Below are positions 1 through 7,536 of a stretch of 7,536 nt of DNA, piece by piece. Position numbers and translations under genes: made by a program. The DNA is from Rotaria sp. (taxonomy: Eukaryota). Position 1 is the first letter of the stretch; every line of letters begins with the position of its first letter. Below the pieces are notes generated by a model that saw only the letters and a list, made by a program, of their open reading frames with translations, did no database searches and was not told the origin of the DNA. Where the stretch lies: positions 1 to 7,536 of the forward strand of contig CAJNOF010005248.1 of assembly GCA_905250055.1 (NCBI GenBank), given 5' to 3'.

Positions 1-35
1 TCGCTATTAGGGGACTTTATTCGCGAAAGTAGTTT

Positions 36-180
36 CTATCGAAATGTAATTTTCACCAAACGATAGAGCTTGCCATGTTCTGTTTGGAACATAAGAGATC
101 GGTTTTGAAACGCTTACCCCAGTGAATTAGCCCGAGAAAATGCAACGGTTTTTGCAGTAACTCTCACCATAGGCTGAATT
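36..180 (+). repeat. Diverged repeat copy 1 (boundaries approximate)
   Basis: ctatcgaaatgtaattttcacc...gagcttgcc...gaattagccc; the gaattagccc word lies 58 nt after the gagct anchor (66 to 124). Confidence 0.5.
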
Positions 181-219
181 GTCGCCCACGCGGTGAAGAT
201 TTATAGACAATGGAACAGG

Positions 220-365
220 TTGCCGAGACCCGGATTTCATCTTTGCATAGAACTCGCTGAATCATACTTGGATAATGCTATACTTTCGTTGACACATTCT
301 GCTAAACGAATTAGCCCTGGGAATCCCAGGTCGAAAAGGAAATCAAGTCGTTGTATGAGCCTTTC
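220..365 (+). repeat. Diverged repeat copy 2 (boundaries approximate)
   Basis: gaactcgctgaa...gttgacacattct...gaattagccc with the same 58 nt spacing (250 to 308). Confidence 0.5.
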
Positions 366-487
366 TTTGAGGATGGGAATATGATTATAGGCGAAGCAGC
401 CCTGAAAATACATAAACATACAATATCGATGTCGCCACAGTAAGGATGACCTCTAATAGAAGAAAGATTTCTATCGAACTAAGAAAG

Positions 488-640
488 CTATTGAGGTGCA
501 ATTTTGCACCACTGATTACAGCTCGTTGAATTGCAATTGAAATATGAGATACATTTGTTGAAACATTCTTCTGATAGAATCAGTGCAGAGAGTACTGGGT
601 CAAAATCACAATTGGACTGGTATGTGAGTTCTTCTCTAGA
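488..640 (+). repeat. Diverged repeat copy 3 (boundaries approximate)
   Basis: ctattgaggtgcaattttgcacc...cagctcgttgaa...gttgaaacattct...gaatcagtgc with the same 58 nt spacing (519 to 577); 36/51 matches to copy 2 over 519-569 versus 250-300. Confidence 0.55.
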
Positions 641-650
641 AAGTAGAAAG

Positions 651-740
651 CTATCGAAATGCTGTTTTCACCGTTGAATAAAACTCTTCGAGTTGCACTT
701 GGAACATGGAATAATGTAGTTGAAGCATTGTTTCTGGGTG
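651..740 (+). repeat. Diverged repeat copy 4, partial
   Basis: ctatcgaaatgctgttttcacc... then aactcttcgagttgcacttggaaca at the corresponding 31 nt offset. Confidence 0.45.
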
Positions 741-743
741 AGG

Positions 744-774
744 GTGGGATGTGAGTGTGTGGATGTGGATGTGC
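744..774 (+). repeat. Short GT-rich tract (gtgggatgtgagtgtgtggatgtggatgtgc)
   Basis: Shares the words ggtgtgagtgtg-like and gtgtggatgtg with the 1141-1278 array. Confidence 0.6.
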
Positions 775-1140
775 TCCTCAACCATACCCACAGAACCACC
801 ACACGCTGATAAAAAAGCGATTTCTCAATGCTGGAAAAATACTAGGTTTATAAATAATGCTTACACAGTCTTATGACTTATGGCCTCGTGAAATTAAGTT
901 GAAATTCGCTTTTATATAGGCAGAACTTTTATTGGATGAGGCTTTAATAGAATATCCGCTAATTTCTTCAATTTATTAATCTGACAAGTATTATGAGCAA
1001 AACACAACTTTTCGGAGAAAACTGTAGGAAATCTTTGTAAAAGGCGCTTCATATTTTCCTGAGTTTGTACTTTTCTCTGAAAAAGATCAAGTTTCATCCA
1101 AGACGATGTTCAGATTATTAAATAGAAGAAACTAGCAGAT

Positions 1141-1278
1141 ATGGGGTGTGAGTGTGGGTGGGGTGTGGATGTGGGTGGGTCTGGGTGTGGATGGGTGGGT
1201 GTGGGTGGTTGTGGGTGTGGGTGTGTGGGTGTGTGGGTGTGTGGGTGTGGGTGTCTGTGGGTGTGCGTGTGCGTGTGA
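1141..1278 (+). repeat. GT/GGGTGT-rich imperfect microsatellite/minisatellite array
   Basis: Repeated gggtgtg / gtgggtgt / gtgtgcgtgtg words with many GGG runs. Confidence 0.93.
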
Positions 1279-1296
1279 TTAGTAAACAAACGAACA

Positions 1297-1319
1297 TGCA
1301 CATCCACACCCACACACAG
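1297..1319 (-). repeat. CA-rich tract (strand-switched relative to the GT array)
   Basis: tgcacatccacacccacacacag; its reverse complement ctgtgtgtgggtgtggatgtgca matches words in the GT array. Confidence 0.75.
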
Positions 1320-1370
1320 CCTGTTATTCAACGGTCGCCGCAGAGGTTTATCAAAAAGAAGGATTTTTTC

Positions 1371-1418
1371 AAAAAAAGAAAAATGAAGGAAATTCGAAAA
1401 AAAGGTGAAAAAAAGAAC
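1371..1418 (+). repeat. A-rich polypurine tract
   Basis: aaaaaaagaaaaatgaaggaaattcgaaaaaaaggtgaaaaaaagaa, low complexity. Confidence 0.6.
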
Positions 1419-2547
1419 TTTTGATAAGTCGTACGCTGCAACGGTAAAATTATATTAGAAGACCAGTTGTGAACAATAGGAATGAGGTCAGACGAAAATG
1501 AATTTCAAACATGAACTGTTGTCTCCTTGTCATGTGATATGTTTGTGTAACTGTCCCCCCCATATCGCAATGACTCTCTCAGCAGTTCTACAGGTAACAG
1601 ACGTGCCTCACCCACATGGATAGCTACGGTCTGCATCGATTACGAAAATTTGTGCATTATCAAAAATATCTCTTGATAGAGTATCAAAGATGTGTAATCA
1701 TTAGAAAATTATTAACTTTTGTCGTGGATCGATAGACGGACAGAAATTTTGAGAATAAATTACTAGTACGCTTGGAAATTCGACAGAACAGTCAGAAAAA
1801 TCTTCTAAAGTTTCTTTGACAAAGTTTGCAGAACCAAATCTAAGCATCCGCAGAAAGTACGGAATCAAAATGTTCAATTTTTCAAAAATGAAAATAAGTA
1901 TGCCAGGATTTTAGAGCATTGTTGGCTTTGCAATGTCGCGTGTTTTTTAAACTAACAAAATGAATTTAAAATGCTCTACTGACGTATCAACTTCTGTCTT
2001 AAAGGATCATCTGACATCAAACGTAATAGATATTCGCATTTTTTTTTGCGAAAATAGCTACATGACATTACCGAGTCGAGAGTGCTCTACAATCCTAACA
2101 TACTTATTTTCACTTTTGCAAATCGAGGATTTTGATATTGATAATCTCTTGTGGGTTTTCCCATTTGGTTGCGAAGACTGTTGAAGAAGTTCTAGAAAAT
2201 ATTTCTGATTCTACTGACCGGCTTCTGTCATGCTAGAAATTTACCCAAAACATTCTAGTCCATTTATCAACTCGCGCATACAAGTGCTTATTTTGTAGTG
2301 CATGATTTTCTGTCTATCTTCGAAAAAAATTTGCAACACAATGCAAAGAAGCCACTTTTCCAAATAGTGGGAGATAGTTACCTTAAATGCATGATTCTCG
2401 CCGAGATGTGAGAATTTTAACGTAATTAGAAATTAAGTCAGCTGGTTGACTAAATTTTGGCGTTGAAAACTGAATTCAACTGGTAAACTTTTTCCAGCTT
2501 GTAGAAAGATATTTTTTCTCGTCCCATATTTCTGCTACATCTCATTC

Positions 2548-2578
2548 GGATCGAGATACGTTATTACTCGCTCGATCC
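2548..2578. repeat. Small perfect hairpin GGATCGAG...CTCGATCC
   Basis: 2548-2555 pairs with 2571-2578, 15 nt loop. Confidence 0.5.
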
Positions 2579-2708
2579 AGGTACGCTTTTTTCAAGCTTC
2601 TTATTTTAAACGGTGTTTCAAGATGATTTTTATGTTCTCCAATGATTTGAGTTAACTAGACAAATGTCGAAATTTCTTGATCTATGTGCATGTGCACAGT
2701 TTGAAATA

Positions 2709-2820
2709 CTTCTCAAGTTGTTTGATCGGTGTAAAGTTTAATTATAACTCATCAGTTTTTTTTACCAGAATAGTGAAAAATATATCTCTGAAACCCTAAC
2801 TCGATCAAAAACTTGAGAAG
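2709..2820. repeat. Short inverted repeat cttctcaagttgtttgatcg / cgatcaaaaacttgagaag
   Basis: 2709-2728 versus reverse complement of 2802-2820: one indel difference, loop about 73 nt. Confidence 0.7.
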
Positions 2821-5561
2821 CATAAAATAACTATTGTCGAAACGGAGAGATCTTGTATCATGCTTCGAATTGATTGATCAACTTGAGTTACGTCGAAGAT
2901 TGATAGTAGACTATGAGTTGAATTAAAAATAATTAACACGCATGACCCCATTCTTATCCACAAGTATCACCTTACTTACCACCAAATGTCGACTGCCTTT
3001 CTCCTTTGGTATATCAACAACAATACCAACAAAAACTGTGTTTCTTACATTCTGCTGAGTAAAAGTCTTGATCAAACGTCGATACATGATGAATGACTAA
3101 TAACGGCAGTATCTGTAAGACTGGCTATAATGTCGCTCAGCTTCAATTATGCTTGGTCACTGAGTATATGCTTGCAATTTTAAGCAGCGATCCAATTCTA
3201 GCGAAGAGCCATTTTAGATATCTCAAGTTCTGTACATATGTGCCTCCTCGTAAATTGAAGTCTTATATGCATACCTTAACATAATTATACCGAGCTTTTT
3301 ATTGTACTTGTGGTGAATTAAACATTTTCTGGAGCTCTGAGAACTCTCTATCTAAGCATTGCTCATATGTTTTCCGAAGTTTCTTAGAGCCTATTCATAT
3401 GAAAAGCAAAAAGAGAAGGAAAAGAAGGACCACTGCGGGGCCTAGTTATTGGTCTATCATTGAATAAAAATATATAGAATTGCATCATAGTAAGTTATAG
3501 AATAGGCATCAAATAATTTAATTCATCGTCAAAACGACAAGAGATATTTTGTTTATCTAAAATGTTTTATAAATCCATTAAGTGATATTGTTTGTTATGC
3601 ACTAGAAGAAATTTTAAAAATATAGCACAGATGTGAATGATGTGAGCAACGATGCGGGAACCATGTTGAGATTTTGATAATTATTCGTATGATATAAACA
3701 AATCTGAGAATGACAAAAGTTCATTGATGATAAAATGAATATTTCTCATATTTTTGTCATTTCATATTCCATCAATCTATCACCATAAAAGCTTGTAGAT
3801 AACTGTTGAGCATTCATACACAATTATTTCACAGTGCTTTACATTGTTTCTATAGTTTACATGGTTTTAATATATATTGTAGAAGTATTTTGTATATCTG
3901 TTTGTTCAGTATCATTTCATTTAGATTTTTATGATCATTTTACATAGTGCACATGAAAAACAAAAGACTCGAACAATTTAGGAAGTGAAAATAACATCGA
4001 CGTCCGTTTCTGGAACAATGTTGGATTAGAAAAGAATCAAATAGTTTGAATTTGAGTTCTGTCAAACTTTCACATGAGAAAAGAATTGTTATTTTGTTTT
4101 GTATTTCGTTGATTGAATTGAAAGATAGGACTTTAGTTGAAACTAATCTGTAAACTTGCTTCATACAGAAAACAAAAGTGTTACTAAACTGATCGATGAC
4201 TATACATGATTGTAGCATAGATTGTTTCTTACTCATAGATATAAAAGTATAGGTTTTTCCTCTAATGAGTTTTAATTTCAAGTGTAAAAAATTTTCTTTT
4301 TATCTTTTGAATGATATTATCATTCTCGTTTCCCGTAACATGGATCTGAGTGAACTTAGATGGTCTTCATCATGTGCCAAAAATCCATTCCATAGAGTGT
4401 GACTTTTTCAACTAGCACCATCTTTCTAGTTGACGAGAACATGCACTATACTTTGATCTTAGCCTAAAAAGCTGCAAAGTATTTGAACATATTCAAGAAT
4501 CAGATGCATAGTTTTTCAACATTTCTCTATTTATATTTTTCCGATTGTTACCAAAATAGATAGAATCTTCAAGCTATAATGGCGATGGGACTAACGTAAG
4601 TGCAAATCAATAGTTTTTGTTGATGTAACTTTTTAGATTCATAACAGTTGCTTGTCTTTGTTTATTGTTGTAACTTTTATTCGCTGATGTTATTTTTTTT
4701 TGTTATTAATTCCTAAGAGAAGAAGTATTTTAAAACTTTCGCAAAAGTGCTACTTGAATGATATGAATGGATTAGGATTAGGGTATAATTTTCAGCTTAA
4801 CATTCACAAATACATTTATTTTTCTCTTGATGATATACATATGTACATGTTATCTGTAGAATAAATGCTTGAAATTTAGTAGAGAAATATAAAACTGTTT
4901 GTTACTAGATTTGTCTCATAAATAATATTCTAACTCTGCATCATAAGTATTGGGAAAGATATTATGAAATAGAAACGTCGACAATATATGGCATAACTAT
5001 ACGTAATTCATATATGAACAATTGATTGGCGAATTACTGAAACCTTAATACTGAAATCGTTATGTTTATATAATAAATGTCTTTCTACATCGAACATACG
5101 TTTCCTTAGTAAAAAGAAAAAAAAAGCATTTTAGCAACTTATTCGATTATTTCACAATATTCACCCTGACTAAAGATCTGTAACATGTATTCATTCTTGT
5201 TTATGATTTATCTCAGTCCAAAGAAAATTTTTCATCAACACAGAGAAGCGACCTAGGAGCATATATTATTTGTTGATATCAACCGCAAACATTTGTATAC
5301 ATCAATATGTTTTATTTGGTATTTACTGTTTAATAGTTCAATACCATCACGAACTAGTAGAAGTATACATATGTCCGAGACAAAATTGAAGCTCAGGGGC
5401 AATATTAACCTTAGACAAAAATTTGTTTCGAAGATCACTTGTAGTTCTTTCATATAGATTTTATTTGAAGATATAATGCTATTACCAGTGACAACGATTT
5501 AAAACAGAACAACTTTTGAAAAGATCTATTTTACTAGATTTCAGATTCATCTTTTATTTAA

Positions 5562-5574
5562 CCCTTTACGGCCG
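5562..5574 (+). repeat. Left terminal inverted repeat CCCTTTACGGCCG
   Basis: Exact reverse complement of 6593-6605. Confidence 0.85.
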
Positions 5575-5594
5575 ATGTTGCCAAATGGCAACAT
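5575..5594 (+). repeat. Subterminal perfect hairpin ATGTTGCC-AAAT-GGCAACAT
   Basis: 8 bp perfect stem, 4 nt loop, directly adjacent to the left TIR. Confidence 0.85.
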
Positions 5595-5718
5595 TTTGCC
5601 AATATTATCTTAGGATTTATCTTAAAGTGATGAGATATAGTTCCTTAAGCGATTTGATAATTAATTACATGCATTTTAGGGCAAACCTATGCCTTTTCAA
5701 GAAAGGAGAAAGCTATTA

Positions 5719-5747
5719 TTGACGAGAGGGATGAATTCTCCCGTCAA
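5719..5747. repeat. Small hairpin TTGACGAGAG...CTCCCGTCAA
   Basis: About 10 bp stem with one mismatch, inside the left unique segment of the mobile element. Confidence 0.45.
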
Positions 5748-5903
5748 CACCCGAAACAGCCCTCGAGTCGAATTGCTCTGTTTTCCATTTGTGCGAGCAC
5801 TCGATGCGAGAAGTAACTAGTGGTTAATTTTCCTGTCCAGATCCACTATCTATTATATCAATAAGATAAATCATTCAGTTTACTCGAAGAATAGAGTACA
5901 AGA

Positions 5904-5936
5904 ATGTTGCCTTTTGGCAACATTCGGCCGCAAGGG
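5904..5936 (-). repeat. Internal inverted copy of element terminus (rc: CCCTTGCGGCCGAATGTTGCCAAAAGGCAACAT)
   Basis: Near-identical to the left terminus at 5562-5594 but in opposite orientation; contains perfect hairpin ATGTTGCC-TTTT-GGCAACAT. Confidence 0.85.
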
Positions 5937-6182
5937 TACAAAAAGTTGCGAATATTGAATTATTTTTCCTCGATGGAAGTCCAATAATTTGCTGTTAGTT
6001 TTAGTCCAGATTATCAAACAAAAGCATACTTTGTTTATCTGCCCACCTCTTACAGCCTCAATGTGCGATATATTCCCATAATACTCAAAAACTTTCCGAG
6101 ATAGTGCACATTGCACCTATTTTCTCCAGAGACGCTCACAAATTCAGCGAGATTCTAACAAGATTTACAGTACATCATAGTA
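5904..6182 (+). repeat. Left arm of long internal inverted repeat
   Basis: Aligns without gaps to the reverse complement of 6196-6474. About 20 mismatches in the outer 221 bp, about 11 in the next 39 bp, about 9 in the innermost 19 bp (hand count). Confidence 0.93.
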
Positions 6183-6195
6183 TTCCTATTCAGAC

Positions 6196-6474
6196 TACTA
6201 TAAAACATTACTAGTCTTGTTAAAATCTTACTAAATTCATGGGCTTCCCTAGGGAAAATAGGTGAAATTTGCACTATTTCAGAAAGTTTTTGAGTATTTT
6301 GGCAATATATTGCACATTGAGGCTGTAAGAGGTAGGCAGATAAACAAAGTATGCTTTAGTTTGACAATCTGGACTAGAACCAACAGCAAATTATTGGACT
6401 TCCATCGAGGTAAAATAATTCACTTCTCCCAACTTTTTGTACCCTTGCGGCCGGTTGTTGCCAAAAGACAACAT
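6196..6474 (-). repeat. Right arm of long internal inverted repeat
   Basis: Partner of 5904-6182; loop is 6183-6195 (ttcctattcagac). Confidence 0.93.
6442..6474 (+). repeat. Internal copy of element terminus (CCCTTGCGGCCGGTTGTTGCCAAAAGACAACAT)
   Basis: Same terminus motif and subterminal hairpin as 5562-5594, same orientation. Confidence 0.85.
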
Positions 6475-6576
6475 GTTGGCATTCGGCTCACTATCAGTTC
6501 TTTTAACTCGAAGATGAATTTCTGTAACCTCCACATCTAAGAGACAAAGAATATATAGAAGGAGAATTTTTTGCTT

Positions 6577-6592
6577 GCTATCTTCTGGTAGC
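6577..6592 (-). repeat. Subterminal hairpin next to right TIR (GCTATC-TTCT-GGTAGC)
   Basis: 6 bp stem (one T/G position) with a 4 nt loop, directly adjacent to the right TIR. Confidence 0.55.
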
Positions 6593-6605
6593 CGGCCGTA
6601 AAGGG
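6593..6605 (-). repeat. Right terminal inverted repeat (CGGCCGTAAAGGG on + strand)
   Basis: Exact reverse complement of 5562-5574, abutting TTAA. Confidence 0.85.
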
Positions 6606-7536
6606 TTAAACTTTGAAAAAGTAAATTTACAGACTTCGCTGTCAAAGAAAATGATTCATACTTGTTTTGTTCTAACTAGACAGAATAGTCATGTTTATTA
6701 ATTCATATTGTAATATTTACACTAATAACTTTTCTGCATCGATATCAGTAAATGAATTTCGAAAATGATTTTATTAACAAAACGAAATCAACATTTTATA
6801 TTTTTGGACTATTAAATTCCGACAGAAGACAGTTATGATTCTATCATCGAGAATACATAAACTATAAAATTTTGTCAGTTTTTCTTTTGTTGAAACATAA
6901 CTAAAACTTAGTACCACAATATATTTGTACTTTACCTGCGATATATAGGTCCCATTGAATTCAAAGACAATGAACCATCAATAAAAATGCTACTCTAAAG
7001 CCATTAGTTTAAAGATCTTTAATATTTCTTTTTGCTCAAAGCTTCATAAGATAGACTAGATATAAACTGATAGTACCTGTGAATCATCCAAATTGCTAGA
7101 TTAAAGTAAACTTCAATTATCGTTGGACATCCTAATAATCACATATGATATGAGAATCTAGTTCAACATGAAACGTTCGGATTCGTTGTAAGAAATTCTC
7201 TTAGAAATGACATATATGGAATACGAATAATGTTATGAAGAAGATGAACTGAACGATTTAGCGAAGAATTCACATAATAAGGACACATCAAACACAATAT
7301 ATATATAGAAAAATTCTAATATTATTGCTTTCTATTGGTGACAGCATAAAAAACAGGCAATTGTTGTAGTGTATATATGTCAATTTTCTTAGTATTCTAT
7401 CTCAGTTGCTGTTAAATAGAAACAGATATTGACTATGTTTCTTTTTCATAGTTCGTATAGAGTCCTTTCTCTATTTTGTTTAGTTTAAATCAATATTTGT
7501 TGAATTTTTTTTTTGTTGGATAAAATTTATCATCTT

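Larger units (their letters stand above)
5558..6609. mobile_element. piggyBac-like non-autonomous element (MITE/foldback-like), including flanking TTAA duplications
   Basis: TTAA at 5558-5561 and 6606-6609 immediately flanks a perfect 13 bp TIR: CCCTTTACGGCCG (5562-5574) and CGGCCGTAAAGGG (6593-6605). The interior is 1044 bp with no long ORF. TTAA target duplication plus CCC..GGG ends is the piggyBac-superfamily hallmark. Confidence 0.72.

Noticed and set aside
193-419. Overlapping short ORFs on both strands (63 and 60 aa)
   Set aside because: Short, antisense to each other, and lying in diverged repeats; no recognisable domain or initiation context.
1-750. CRISPR-like repeat-spacer array
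   Set aside because: The repeats are highly diverged, unequally spaced and extend over most of the unit. There are no short identical repeats with uniform unique spacers, and the DNA looks eukaryotic.
1141-1278. Telomere-like array
   Set aside because: The words are irregular GT/GGGTGT, not a regular TTAGGG, TTAGG or other canonical unit. It is interstitial, flanked by normal sequence, so a microsatellite is the simpler explanation.
1118-1424. His/Thr/Pro- and Gly/Val/Trp-rich ORFs across the GT array
   Set aside because: These are translations of low-complexity simple-sequence DNA in several frames and strands; no independent coding evidence.
4728-4744. attaggattagggtat, resembling telomeric TTAGGG
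   Set aside because: A single partial occurrence with no tandem repetition.
5880-6540. Two similar ORFs (5880..6116 minus, 78 aa; 6262..6540 plus, 92 aa) that look like paralogous proteins
   Set aside because: They are the two arms of the inverted repeat read in mirrored orientation. Over the shared ~71 codons I count 13 amino-acid differences from roughly 20-25 nucleotide differences, with no sign of purifying selection. Their similarity is explained by the palindrome.
1-7536. tRNA or rRNA genes
   Set aside because: I saw no A-box/B-box pair with cloverleaf potential and no conserved rRNA segments on reading. A tRNAscan-SE/Infernal run would be needed to exclude them formally.

Overview
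AT-rich eukaryotic-looking non-coding DNA. I see no convincing protein-coding gene, rRNA, tRNA, CRISPR array or prokaryotic system. The strongest object is a compact, transposase-less element at 5558-6609. It is flanked by TTAA on both sides and starts CCCTTTACGGCCG / ends CGGCCGTAAAGGG, a 13 bp perfect terminal inverted repeat consistent with a piggyBac-like non-autonomous element (MITE). Inside it is a near-symmetrical palindrome: arms 5904-6182 and 6196-6474, 279 bp each, aligning without gaps by eye, with a 13 nt loop. The outer ends of this palindrome carry two further, inward-displaced and inverted copies of the same terminus. Each terminus copy is directly followed by a small hairpin with a 4-nt loop. 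The left 750 bp holds several diverged copies of a roughly 160-185 bp repeat. A GT/GGG-rich array at 1141-1278 is followed by a strand-switched CA tract. The ORFs in the supplied track are short and look incidental. All identities quoted are hand-counted from the sequence.
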